DNA of 64,000 nucleotides from Octopus sinensis (GCF_006345805.1 NC_043000.1:98394001-98458000); one strand, 5' to 3'. Counted from the first letter of the stretch, positions 1-12,674 are shown. Notes: generated from the sequence alone by a model not told the origin. Program-made: numbers and translations.

Positions 1-118
1 TATAAAGATGATGTGTTCAGAGAAGTAAGACGTACTTGTGGAATAGATGGGATAGATATGTTTATGCTCCGTTCGGCAACAATGGTGTTGCTATAAAACA
101 ATTTGCACGTTATGTTGA
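1..118 (-). CDS. Ig cassette 4, exon B (cut by the window edge)
   Basis: Acceptor AG at 119-120; identical to 3741-3858 apart from one synonymous change. Confidence 0.88.
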
Positions 119-534
119 CTGTAAAATAGAAACATGGAAAGTAATGAGTTATGAATATAAGCTTTGTGTGAAGCATACCATGGTTATGTAAATAATTGTC
201 AAATAATTTGTTTTAGGAATGTTGAATATCGAAGCAAATAAAACTGTAAATAATAGTATGTAAATAGTTGTATAGAAAACCTTGCTAATTGGGGCTAAAT
301 GGACAATGATATTTGAATACATCCAACAAATGTTTCTATCGTACAGCAATTTATTCGTAATTAGTGTATTACGCAATCCAAACCCACCAGCCACTCCAGT
401 ACCTATTCTGAACTACTGATAGCAAAATATCGGCAGACGTCTTTTTTCTACGATAGTATAGAATGGGTGTTGAACTGCTTGTGATTTGGATTTCGTAATA
501 CAACAGTTGCGAATGAGTTACAATGCTTCTGAAC

Positions 535-820
535 ATTTGTAGTATGAATTGTTCTGATGATTTCAGAGTGCTTAGAATGCTTTTTATGCTTTGATACTGG
601 TGATACGTTTCCATCTTCAGTTTCTAGCTCCTTACAAACTTTGACAAAAGATCTGGCAAATTTTAAAAATCGTGATATTTCTAAATCGCAATGTCCAACC
701 TTTATAACTTCAATAACAGCATGCCTATTCATTTCTTGAGTAAGCTTAGGGTCTGCCATTATTATTTTCGGCAGCAATGAATCCGAAAAAGGTATGCCCC
801 CAAATACCTTACGCACCCTG
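535..820 (-). mobile_element. Tc1/mariner-superfamily (maT-like) 5' fragment
   Basis: Minus-strand terminus CAGGGTGCG followed by an HTH-like transposase N-terminus (EMNRHAVIEVIKVGHCDLEISRFLKFARSFV...KHSEIIRT). Confidence 0.65.
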
Positions 821-1227
821 AATATAGCAATTCTCAAATAACCTAAACAATTATGGATAAGGGTATCCTTTGCTGAACAAGTGTAATATGGTTGACATAT
901 GCATATTGTTGTTGCTCGTAGATGGCAACATCAGTAAGTAGGCTATGATTATCCTGATCGCATGCGTAAATAATCAATGACATATTTACTCCTATTACAA
1001 TGAGCATAATGGCATAACGCTCATTCTTGATTTTTATATGGATCGCGTTCTGGTTATCTTCGTAAAGTCATTACCGAAAGAAGAGTTAGGTCTATTGATA
1101 ATGTATGGAAAAGTATAAAGCTAACTAGAAATAATTCTGCTATAATGTAAAAAGAAAGTTTAAGAGCGAATAATGTGTCTCTTGTCACACACACGCACGC
1201 ATATTCACTGAGAAAAATGTATCATAC

Positions 1228-1437
1228 CTCTTGCATTTTGGTTTATGTTTGTTAAAGTAAGATAACCATATATTTTGTTGCCAAGTGTTCTTTTGGAGAT
1301 CCCTGTTGTTATGAGGTTACCGTTCAAATACCATTCATATGTGTTGTTAAGTGATGTCCGATTTGAGAAGCAGGAAAACGTTATGTTGCTGAAACTGTGC
1401 ATTATTACACCCACTCCGTCCAGCAAAGGTGCTTTTA
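1228..1437 (-). CDS. Ig cassette 4, exon A
   Basis: 210 nt, phase 1-1, CAG/GTATGA; [69 protein letters not shown]. Confidence 0.9.
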
Positions 1438-1584
1438 CTGAAAATGTGAGAAAATATAGAAGAATGTTAAATATTGATATTGTGCATGAATAGCAAAGAA
1501 GAATTACAATCATCATTTTAAAAAATTTGTTTCGATATATTCTTTGCTTCTTAAAATATATAAATTTATGTCAAACGTACGAAC

Positions 1585-1683
1585 CTGGGAGTGCATGAAT
1601 CACGTGTTCTTGGATGATTCCACGCTGACCATTATAATTGGCAAAACAGAAAATCTTCGTGTCATTCGAAATTGTGAAACGTC
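1585..1683 (-). CDS. Ig cassette 3, exon C
   Basis: 99 nt, phase 1-1, TAG/GTTCGT; GRFTISNDTKIFCFANYNGQRGIIQEHVIHALP. Confidence 0.88.
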
Positions 1684-1786
1684 CTATGGAATATAATTAA
1701 AGATAGATTTATGTTACAGATGTGTAAACACTAGTTGGAGATGCATGATTAAATTTAATAAACCTGATTGTTAATTGCTATAGTAA

Positions 1787-1906
1787 GTATCTTCTTCTTC
1801 TTCTTCTTCTTCTTCTTCTTCTTCTTCTTCTTCTTCTTCTTCTTCTTTCTTCTTCTTCTTCCCTTCCTCCTGCTACTCCTCCTTTTTATTATTATTATTA
1901 TTATTA

Positions 1907-1949
<43 letters not shown>

Positions 1950-1986
1950 GCTATAGTAAGTTTCTTTTTCTTCTTCTTCTTCTTCG

Positions 1987-2056
<70 letters not shown>

Positions 2057-2073
2057 TATTATTATTGTTATTA
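1787..2073. repeat. Compound (TTC)n/(TTA)n microsatellite
   Basis: Read directly; a paralogous tract lies at 4988-5145. Confidence 0.95.
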
Positions 2074-2190
2074 TCCAACTGCTTGGTAATTTAATTAGCC
2101 GGCAAAAGAATTTGCTCAGTGGTCAGATTGAAATGCCTTATTGCAGGTCACTTTCATAGGCGATACACAAGCGCGCTCGGACGCTGACGA

Positions 2191-2592
2191 ACAAAATACG
2201 ATAGAACTCTATCCGATAGAAGTAAAAGGTCTCATCGAGTAACAGATCATTCATCTCAGTGCTGCTGTTGCTTACACAAATGGCCTGTTCTCTGGTAGCT
2301 ATATCAAGTTAGGTAATGCCATCGCCGATTCAGACATATAGAAGCAGTAGGAGCGGATAAATCTGACAACTTTTGCGATACCTTATTAACAAAATACGAT
2401 AGAACTCTATCCGATAGAAGAAAAAACTCTCATCGAGTAACAGATCATTCATCTCAGTGCTGCTGTAGTTTACACAAGCGGCCTGCTCTGTAGTAGCTAT
2501 ATCAAGTTAGATAATGCCACCGCCGATTCGGACGTAATGAAGCAGGAGGAGCGAATAAGATGTGACAACTTTTGCGATATATTATTAACAAA
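2191..2592. repeat. Tandem duplication of about 198 bp within an intron
   Basis: acaaaatacgatagaactctatccgatagaag starts at 2191 and at 2389; only one copy is present in the paralogous intron (about 7506-7720). Confidence 0.85.
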
Positions 2593-3624
2593 AACTTGTA
2601 GGTTTTATTAGAGACGAGAGGGAAATTTTGATCCCCTCTTCTGCAAAGTTTCGTCACAAGCGCTCAGCAGGGTTTTTTTTTATAGGAATCGGCCATTTTA
2701 CGTTAAAGGAATCTCAATACCTTTAGGGTTTATTGTAAACTGATCATAAAACATGAAAGATAAAATTGAATTTTATTAACAAGGCTCAAGAAAACTTTAG
2801 CTATACTAGATTTAATGGTTAATTAAAAGGTAAGTGAAATCAAATGATTTTCCAATAGTTTATCTATTTAAAAATAGTCAGGGGATTAGTGGGTGATACA
2901 ACTTTATGTTCGATTGAAATTAGCACGTGCTATACTTAAGAGAGGCTGTATTGAATATATCGTTATGTGATGATATTCCCTTGCTAATATTATCTCTTAG
3001 GTTAGATATTCTCTATAGGTCAGAATATCACTATTGGTCAAATATTCTCTTGCTAATAGTTGCCAGCAGAATATTGAAGGCTCTGAGTGAGTAAATGGAA
3101 TTCTTGTTAATGTACACAAGCAGCCTGTTTGATGATCTGTTGGTCGTGTGCACAGCGGTGATTCAGTGGAGTGTAACATTGAAGAAGTTGAAAAAGCATA
3201 TGTTAGTTGATATAATAATTATTTGAAATTATTGAATGTGTGGATTAGTAGTTTCCGAATTTGTAAAGAGCGAGGCCATTGGTAAGCTGTGGTAGGGCTG
3301 ACGCTTCATTTCTATATAAGCCTGCATTTATAATTGTGGTTTTCATAAAACCTAATCTTCGATGCAAAGACGGATAATATCACATATCTCTCATGCGTCG
3401 AACAACCAATATAAATGAAGTGTTTATTTTCAAATACGGATAGTACTTTGTAGAAGAGTTAACTTTTGCTAGCACCACGCAATGATTTCTATATGGCTGC
3501 CAGTAATCATGGCTTCATAAAATTCATATCAGTCTGCCTGCCTGTCAAGCGTCTTGTCTTGACAAATATACAAAGTTTAAAGGAATGATAGGATGAGAGG
3601 GAAATATATTTCAAATAGTCTTAC

Positions 3625-3858
3625 CTGTATACCTTGCTTTTTGAACACTGTATGATATATCCTTAAGATGTAAAGGTACGACAGCTACGTAAACATCTGC
3701 ATTTGCCAGGTTAGAGTCACAGCTGTAATTCACCTCAGAATATAAAGATGATGTGTTCAGAGAAGTAAGACGAACTTGTGGAATAGATGGGATAGATATG
3801 TTTATGCTCCGTTCGGCAACAATGGTGTTGCTATAAAACAATTTGCACGTTATGTTGA
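3625..3858 (-). CDS. Ig cassette 3, exon B
   Basis: 234 nt, phase 1-1, CAG/GTAAGA; NITCKLFYSNTIVAERSINISIPSIPQVRLTSLNTSSLYSEVNYSCDSNLANADVYVAVVPLHLKDISYSVQKARYT. Confidence 0.9.
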
Positions 3859-4428
3859 CTGTAAAATAGAAACATGGAAAGTAATGAGTTATGAATATAA
3901 GCTTTGTGTGAAGTATACCATGGTTATGTAAATAATTGTCAAATAATTTGTTTTAGGAATGTTGAATATCGAAGCAAATAAAACTGTAAACAATAGTATG
4001 TAAATAGTTGCATAGAAAACCTTGCTAATTGGGGCTAAATGGACAATGATACTTGAATACATCCAACAAATGTTTCTATCGTACAGCAATTTATTCGTAA
4101 TTAGTGTATTACGTAATCCAAACCCACCAGCCACTCCAGTACCTATTCTGAACTACTGATAGCAAAATATCGGCAGACGTCTTTTTTCTACGATAGTATA
4201 GAACGGTTGTTGAACTGCTTGTGATTTGGATTTCGTAATACAACAGTTGCGAATGAGCTACAATGCTTTTGGACATATGTAGTATGAATTGTTCTGATGA
4301 TTTCAGAGTGCTTAAAATGCTTTTTATGCTTTGAATTCTGCTATAATGTAAAAAGAAAGTTTAAGAGCGAATAATGTGTCTCTTGTCACACACACGCACG
4401 CATATTCACTGAGAAAAATGTATCATAC

Positions 4429-4638
4429 CTCTTGCAGTTTGGTTTATGTTTGTTAAAGTAAGATAACCATATATTTTGTTGCCAAGTGTTCTTTTGGAGA
4501 TCCCTGTTGTTATGAGGTTACCATTCAAATACCATTCATATGTGTTGTTGAGCGATGTCCGATTTGAGAAGCAGGAAAACGTTATGTTGCTGAAACTGTG
4601 CATTATTACGCCCACTCCGTCCAGCAAAGATGCATTTA
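4429..4638 (-). CDS. Ig cassette 3, exon A
   Basis: 210 nt, phase 1-1, CAG/GTATGA; [69 protein letters not shown]. Confidence 0.9.
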
Positions 4639-4784
4639 CTGAAAATGTGAGAAAATATAGAAGAATGTTAAATATTGATATTGTGCATGAATAGCAAAGA
4701 AGAATTACAATCATCATTTTCAAAATTTGTTTCGATATATTCTTTGCTTCTTAAAATATATAAATTTATGTCAAACGTACGAAC

Positions 4785-4883
4785 CTGGGAGTGCATAAAT
4801 CACGTGTTCTTGGATGATTCCACGCTGATCATTATAAGTGGCAAAGCAGAAAATCTTCGTGTCATTCGAAATTGTGAAACGTC
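4785..4883 (-). CDS. Ig cassette 2, exon C
   Basis: 99 nt, phase 1-1, TAG/GTTCGT; GRFTISNDTKIFCFATYNDQRGIIQEHVIYALP. Confidence 0.88.
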
Positions 4884-5084
4884 CTATGGAATATAATTAA
4901 AGATAGATTTATATTACAGATGTGTAAACACTGGTTGGAGATGCATAGGTAAGTCAAATAAACCTGATTGTTAATTGCTATAGTAAGTTTCTTCTTCTTC
5001 TTCTTCTTCTTCTTCTTCTTCTTCTTCTTCTTCTTCTTCTTCTTCTTCTTCTTCTTCTTTTCTTCTTCTTCTTCTCTTCTTCTT

Positions 5085-5117
<33 letters not shown>

Positions 5118-5149
5118 CTTCTTCTTCTTCTTATTATTATTATTATGCA

Positions 5150-6696
5150 ACTTTATAGTAATTTAGTTAGCAGGTATTTTATCATAAAATCTGTTGACAA
5201 GTCTCTTTGAATCACATAACTCGTTTTTAAGCTACTTACAGGATATAGGATGGTACTTTTCTGTACGTCGACCATGTAAGTTTCAATTTCAGGCTCTTTC
5301 AGTCTCTTAGATAACAGTTTGGGTGTTTTGCAATGTGCACCCATAACTAGAGGAATAATTGTCATATTGGTCTTCCACAGTCTCCTCAGCTCTCTGGCTG
5401 TATCCTGATATTTCTCATTTTTTATAAATTTCTTTGGTATCGACTCTGGTATCGACTTTGGTATCGCAGGGAATTACACAATCTATGATCTTGCAATATT
5501 TATTTTGTCCGCTACGATTATATTTAGTCTTCTTGATTAAATAGCGCGACCAGACTTTATGGGGAAACCTCACAAAACTTTGTAATTCTCATTTTCCATC
5601 ATGGCCTTTGATTCATGTGCATGCCAATTTTCTTTGAGGCTACGCACTCGGTTAACATCCCACTTCATTATTTTCCTTACACACTCATTTCTGTGCCTAT
5701 ACCCCTTTTGTGCTAGTACACTGAACTCATTCAGAAGCTGATTCATACTTTCGTCTCCTTTTCATCACATTTGCTATCTGACTGAGTTTTGTCGATCTTT
5801 GCCTTTATCAGATTTGCTCCAAGGGCTTGATTCTGAGCGGCTATAATTAGCGTTTCTGTTTCTCGTTTCAAGTTGCGCTTTGTCAACCAGAGCCAGCGAT
5901 CTTTACTTCCAGCATTCACGGTTTGTTGTAAGAATTAGCCATGTGATCCGTTTACTTCCATTTGTTCGCTCTGTTTTTCTTCTAGCTATTCCTGGCTGCT
6001 GATAGTATTTTTCTTTACTCTGCACAACATGATTCTTCAGACCCAGTATCACAGTATTAACAGTGTCTCCTGCGTTTAATAATCCTCTTCAATTATTCTT
6101 TCTTGACAGGTAGAGTCTGTTGGTATTGCTTTCAGGTTGAATGCATTGTGCATTGCTAGAAGCTTTCTAGTTCTTCTATCTAAATTCTGTAGCTTGATCT
6201 TCGTCCATTTCAGAAACGGGTAGCGTATTTCAATACTGGCATAGTCCATATATTTATAGCTTTAATGATGTTTCCTCTATTTAATTTTATTTCCAGCATC
6301 TTAATTCTTATCTTGTTCAGTAAGTTTAGTAAGTTTCTCTCTCATTTCTCCTTCCATTATCCTATCTTTGTTGTAGCAATCTCGGATATTTGTACCGTCA
6401 TTATTGTATAGCGAGCTAATGACGTTGTCGTGTGGTAATTGTATGTCATGACACTTTACTTTCCGACCTCTCTCCATAATTAGTCCTGCGCATTTGTTTA
6501 CCCTCAAATTGCATACCAATATCTTAATCGGATATTCTCATTGCTTGGATCTGAGAGTCTAGGACTGCATACAATTTGAGGTCACCTACTAATCTCCTGA
6601 TTTATTTTCACCTTGGTTTTGGTAAACTCAGAGGCAGGCTTGGATTTCCTCAGTACACTTGTCAGAGGGATTACCACCATAAGTAGTATTAGTAGC

Positions 6697-6743
<47 letters not shown>

Positions 6744-7380
6744 AGAGAGAGAGAGAGAGAGAGTGGGTGAGAGTGAAAGAGAGAGTGAGTGAAAGTGAGA
6801 GAAAGAATGAGTCTCTCTGACATATGCTCTTGCATATTTTCACGCTTCCTAGCAATTCATTTGCACATGTCAGTTCTACTTCCTACACTCACTGCTTTCC
6901 CCATATAGCTGTTTATCTTCTCATTCACTCCGAGTGTCCTCAGGTACTCCAAGAATCAGATGTGCTGGATATTATCATAAAACGTTCTGTCATCAATCCC
7001 TCAAACAGCTAAATTCTTCCTCACTCGTGCCCTATTTAATGTTCTATTATCTATATATATCAGATCAGCAGTTTCTCTTGATTTCTTCCTACATCCTTTT
7101 CGTTTCTCTATAAAAATAGGCTTTCCTTTCTCAAAAACTGTATACTTCGTCAGTTTTGAAACCAGTTAATAGTTTCCAGAGAAATGATGAGCAAGTAATG
7201 AGTCTACGATTGCTGATTTCCACCTCCCTTTTCTCTGTAATTCTATACTCTATATTAGGACTGTCCCCGCTTTTGTCATCTATGTTGGCGATCAATTTTC
7301 AATGCAGTCTATAACAAAATGGTCGTATATAGTTGTGTATACTTTGTAGACGCTGGAGCAAAAAGGGCAGCCGGTTGTAG
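5150..7380 (-). mobile_element. Decayed non-LTR retrotransposon, R4/Dong-like (RT plus restriction-like endonuclease)
   Basis: Fragments TIIPLVMGA..., IAAQNQALG, NKCAGLIMERGRKV...; the 3' end abuts a (TTA)n/(TTC)n tract. Boundaries are approximate. Confidence 0.75.
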
Positions 7381-8109
7381 TATCACCTACAGTGCCGGGG
7401 AGGGGGGCTACAGTGAACAAAAGCATTTGCTCAGTGGTCAGATTTAAATGCTTTGCCGCAGGTCACCTTCGTAGATGATACTCAAGTGCGCTCGAACGCT
7501 GACGAACAAAATAAGATTGAACTCTATCCCATAGAAGGAAACACTCTCATAAAGTAACAGATCATTCATCTCAGTACTGGTGTTGCTTACACAAATGGCC
7601 TGCTCTGTGGTAGCTAATTCAAGTTAGGAAATGCCACCGCTAATTCTTGATCGCAGACATAATGCAGCATCAGGAGCAGATAAGATCTGACAACTTTTAC
7701 GATACTTCATTAACAAGAACTTGTGGGTTTTATTAGAGACGAGAGGAAAAAGGAAATCCCCTCTTCTGCAAAGTTTTGTCACAAGCGCTCAGCAGATTTT
7801 GTGTAGGAGTCGGCCATTTTACGTTAAAGGAATTTCAATAACTTTAGAGTTTATTGTAAACTGATCATAAAACATGAAAGATAAAATTGAATTTTATTAA
7901 CAAGGCTCAAGAAACTTTAGCTTTTATCTATTTAAAAAAAGTCAGGGGATTAGTGGGTGATACAATTTTATGTTCGCTTGAACTTAGCATGTGTCATAGT
8001 AAAGAGAGGTTGTATTGAATATATCGTTATGTGATAATATTCTCTTTCTAATATTTTCTCTTAGATTAGATATTCTCTATAGGTCAGAATATCTCTATAC
8101 GTCAGATAT

Positions 8110-8294
8110 TAAAGTTCTATATTTAAGCGATGATGAATTATGTACATTATTTACATTATTTACATTCGACGGATATTTGTCCTCATTTTGTTTGTTGTTA
8201 ACACAACGTTTCGGCTGATATACCGTCCAGCCTTCTTCATGTGTCTTGGGGAAACTTCGAACTTGGATTCTCATTCCTAAGGTATCTTTCGATG

Positions 8295-8337
<43 letters not shown>

Positions 8338-9528
8338 TGTTGTTGTTGTTGTTGTTCAGGTCACTGCTTGGAATCGAACTCGGAATCTTGGGGTTAGTAG
8401 CCCGCGCTCTTAACCACTACGCCATGGGTAATTATGGAGTGAATTTTAGGGCTTATAAATCTATTATTTTAATATCCTTCCTTAATACCAGTTTCCATAT
8501 GCTACTCATATCTGCACTCGGTCTGCTTAAGAGGTTGTTGTGTCCTAGCATATGTACTGCTTCTTTTAGTTTTCGTATTTTCCAATGGTGTTCTCTGTGT
8601 ATTATTTTAACTTCATCCCACAGGGGAAGGTGGTCTCCATTTTTGCATACATGATCAGGTATACCCGATTTATCAATATCTCCTCGTGTTACAGTTTTGC
8701 GATGTTCCTTTAACCTTATTTTGAGGGGGCGGCATGTTTCACCTTTGTATAACCTACCACTGCTGCATAGGATGGAATATACGCAGTCTTTGGTCATATT
8801 CTCTTCTATTGGTGGGTTTAATCGAAGGAGATATTTGCGAAGTGTTGTATTACACTTGAATACTGTCCTGATGCCTTATGGGCCGCATATCTTTTGTATC
8901 TTTTCGGAGAGGCCTTTCACATAGGGTAGACAGACTTTGGACAGTTTATTGGCCTCATCCTCTCTCTTCTTCATAATTGGTGTGGATAGTATACTTTTGG
9001 GGTAGTTGTTGCTTAACAGATCGTTAATGAGCTTGATCATTTCTTCGTGGTGTGTATCAGGATCGCTACTTATATTCTTTGCACGATGTTTAAGGCCCTG
9101 AGCAATCCCTCTCTTTACACTGTATGTATGGTGGGAATTGAAGTTGAGGTATCGTCCAGTAAAAGTCGGCTTGCAGTATACGGATGTCCTAAACCTATAC
9201 TTAGTGCGTGTTATTAATATGTCCAGGAATGCTAGCTGATTGTCTTTTTTCTTTTCCCTTGTGAACAGTATGGATGGCTTTATTGAGTTCACAAGATTTA
9301 ACAGCACTTAGACATCTTCCTGGTGGGCCCAGAGTATAAAGGTGTCATCAACATATCGTAGCCATAGTGTTGGTTTTAGTGGTGTTGATCCTAAAGCCAA
9401 ATTCTCAAAGTATTCCTTGTATATATTGGCTATTACCGGTGATAATGGCGAACTCATAGTTAAACCCTCTTTTTGTCGAGATATATCAGTGTTCATACTG
9501 AAGTAGGTAGTTTCTACATAGAAGGTCA
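8110..9528 (-). mobile_element. 5'-truncated Penelope-like element (RT, GIY-YIG endonuclease, pLTR)
   Basis: GLTMSSPLSPVIANIY, WLRYVDDTF, LAFLDILI, VYCKPTFTGRYLNFNSHH, CVYSILCSSGRLYKGETCRPLKIRLKEH; interrupted by stops and frameshifts. Confidence 0.92.
8200..8245 (-). ncRNA. Degenerate minimal hammerhead ribozyme in the Penelope pLTR
   Basis: Minus strand GACAC-AUGAAGA-aGGCUG...CAGCC-GAAA-CG-UU-GUGUU; C3 is mutated to A. Confidence 0.6.
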
Positions 9529-9594
9529 ACAAATATACGAAGTTTAAAGAAATAATAGAATGAGAGTAAATATATTTCAAACAAATTGTCTTAC

Positions 9595-9828
9595 CTGTAT
9601 AGCTTGCTTTTTGAACACTGTATGATATATCCTTAAGATGTAAAGGTACGACTGCTACGTAAACATCTGCGTTTGGCCGGTTAGAGTCACAGCTGTAATT
9701 CACCTCAGAATATAAAGATGATGTGTTCAGAGAAGTAAGACGAACTTGTGGAATAGATGGGATAGATATGTTTATGCTCCGTTCGGCAACAATGGTGTTG
9801 CTATAAAACAATTTGCACGTTATCTTCA
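9595..9828 (-). CDS. Ig cassette 2, exon B
   Basis: 234 nt, phase 1-1, CAG/GTAAGA; KITCKLFYSNTIVAERSINISIPSIPQVRLTSLNTSSLYSEVNYSCDSNRPNADVYVAVVPLHLKDISYSVQKASYT. Confidence 0.9.
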
Positions 9829-10767
9829 CTGTAGAATAGAAACATGGAAAGTAATGAGTTACGAACATAAGCTTTGTTTAAAGCGTAATATGTTTATGCA
9901 AATAATTGTCAAATAATTTGTTTTAGGAACGTTGAATCTCGAGTAAATAAAACTATAAACAATAGTATGTAAATAGTTCATAGAAAACCTTGCTAATTGG
10001 GGCTAAATGGACAATGATACTTGAATACATCCAACAAATGTTTCTATCGTACAGCAATTTATTCGCAATTAGTGTATTACGCAATCCAAACCCACCAGCC
10101 TCTCCAACAGCTATTCTGAACTACCGATAGCAAAATATCGGCGGACGACTTTTTTCTACGATAGTATAGAATGGCTGTTGAACTGCTTGTGATTTGGATT
10201 TCGTAATACAACAGTTGCGAATGAGTTACAATGCTACTGAACATATGTTGCATGTATTATACTGTCATTTTACACAACTGATATCAATCAAATGTTTGTT
10301 CAACTTAACATGTGTATGTATGTATGTATGTATGTATGTATGTATGTATGTATGTATGTATGTATGTATGTATGCATGTATGTATGTATACACACACATA
10401 TATGTGTATGTGAGAATGTGTGTGTGTGTGGATGGGTGTGGGGTATGTGAGAGTCGTGTTGGTGGGGTGTAGTGTTGGTGCAGGTGGTATCAATGAAGAA
10501 CGGTGGTAGGAGTGAAGAGAGGAAGTAGATATCAGAGGAAGAGAGGGGAGTAGAAGAGAAGTGGGTAGGAGTGAAGAAAGGAAGTAGGCGTCAGATGAAG
10601 AGATAAGGAAGTTGAGCCCATGTGGCGCAAAAGAGCGAAGGGAGAGGATTAATCCCCGTTCACGGCGAAGGCGGGAGTCCGGGGACCCCTGTGTAGAGAC
10701 AATCCGAACACAGACAGGTGTTGTAGGGAATGACTGGTAGAGCGGATATAGCGTGTGACCGGGGTGT

Positions 10768-10818
<51 letters not shown>

Positions 10819-11480
10819 CGTGTGTGTGTGTGTGTGTATGCGTGTGTGCGTGTGTATGTGTGCGTGTATGTATATATGTTTGTTTATAAAATATCGGGTA
10901 ATAGAGATTAATAAAATCAGGCAGATATCTTATAAGCTCGTAGTGGTTAAGCGAATTTGCTTAACTACATTGAATCGAAATAGAATTAACATCCACATTA
11001 ATGTCTCCGGTATGATAAATGAACTAAAGGATCACTTACAAGAAATACATCATATTTTTCCGGTAATTTGATAAATGTAAGTTTTCTAAATACGTTTTAC
11101 TAGTTTATTTTTAGCATATCTAAATAGCCAAGTAACTAAATGTACTGAGATAGCCCTTTTCTCTTCGTATTTTAATACTTTCGTTGACCATTGTTGTCAT
11201 CATAAGTTTAAATATTAAATTGACTTTTCTTAGCCTCTAACACTCAGTTTGTGTGCGTTACCTCCCATGTATTATAACATTTACGTCAGTTCTATATGGA
11301 TTCAAGCTGCTATGCGTTGCATTGAAAACATTGTGAATTTTATAATCGATTCAGTATGGATTGATTAGTATTTTGTGCCTTTTACTATATCTAAAAATGC
11401 TTACGCTTGCTGGATTTGTATGATGTAATCCTTAAATAAAGATGTGATATTCTCTGTTGCTGTCAATGTTATATATGTAC

Positions 11481-11865
11481 AAAATATTATTAAGGTTGAA
11501 AATAGAGAGATTCAATGGATATAAATTAATTTATTAATTATTTGACATTGCTTACGATTGTTTCATTTCGCCTTTAATTTAAATTACAAAACATATATAA
11601 TAATATAAACTTGCATTTTGAGTAGTCTGGCTGCAAGATCTGCATAGGCACTTGGAGTATTTCAGTTGATCAAAATGTAAACTCAATAATGTCCGTTTTA
11701 CTCTGTAGATCTTACACCCAGACTACTCAAAATGCAAACTTATATTATTACTTTTGTTTGGTAATTTAAATTGTGTGTGAAGTGAAACAATTGTAGGCAA
11801 TGTTAAATAATTTATGAATTAATTTGTACCTCTGAATCTCTCCATTTTCAAGCGTAATAATATTT
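11481..11865. repeat. Long imperfect palindrome (fold-back/MITE-like)
   Basis: Arms of about 165 bp, e.g. ttgcattttgagtagtctgg / ccagactactcaaaatgcaa and aatttaaattac / gtaatttaaatt. Confidence 0.85.
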
Positions 11866-12041
11866 GATGTTTTACAATATATTTATTTATTATATCTCTT
11901 TCAATTATAATATATTAAACCAGGGTATCTTGGATAAAACTATCCCTATAAGAGGTTTAAGTATCCTCATAATGTATATATAATATATATATCTATATAC
12001 ATACATATATGTATATGTGTACACATATACATGCATACATG

Positions 12042-12100
<59 letters not shown>

Positions 12101-12115
12101 ACATGCATATATATA

Positions 12116-12213
<98 letters not shown>

Positions 12214-12307
12214 TATGTTTATATATGCGATATACTCCATTCTTATTGATGTTTTTACACACACACAAACACTCACACATATATTCACTGAGAAAAATGT
12301 ATCAAAC

Positions 12308-12517
12308 CTGTCGCATTTTGGTTTAAGTTTGTTGAAGTAAGATAGCCATATACTTTGTTGCCAAGTGTTCTTTCAGAGATCCCTGTTGTTATGGGGTTAC
12401 CATTCAAATACCATTTATATGTGTTGTTGAGCGATGTCCGATTTGTGAAGCAGGAAAACGTTATGTTGCTAAAGCTGTGCATTATTACGCCCACTCCGTC
12501 CAGTAAAGATGCATTTA
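12308..12517 (-). CDS. Ig cassette 2, exon A
   Basis: 210 nt, phase 1-1; CAG acceptor and a weaker donor GTTTGA; [69 protein letters not shown]. Confidence 0.85.
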
Positions 12518-12674
12518 CTGAAAATGTGAGAAAATATAGAAGAATGTTCTAAGAAGAATGGTAAATATTGGTATTGTACATATATAGGAAAGAATTACAA
12601 TTATTATTGTTCCGAATTTGTTTCGATGTGTCTTTTGCTTCTTAAAAAGTGTAAATTTGTGTTAAAGTACTAAC

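Noticed and set aside
149-394. Repeated 81-aa hydrophobic ORF (also 3889-4134)
   Set aside because: It is intron sequence duplicated with the cassette; no recognisable domain, and the third copy near 9860-10100 is not retained as an ORF.
1275-1493. Plus-strand ORFs at 1275, 4476, 12355 and 20523
   Set aside because: Antisense shadows of the minus-strand Ig exons.
1755-2078. Low-complexity ORFs (poly-I/K/L/F, YI, CV, HT repeats) here and throughout the track
   Set aside because: They are translations of (TTA)n, (TTC)n, (TA)n, (TG)n and (TACA)n microsatellites.
8357-8425. Possible tRNA gene (and similar heads at 16735, 39770, 47425, 52915)
   Set aside because: A/B boxes are present but no proper acceptor stem; they are embedded in repeats and best read as SINE-type heads.
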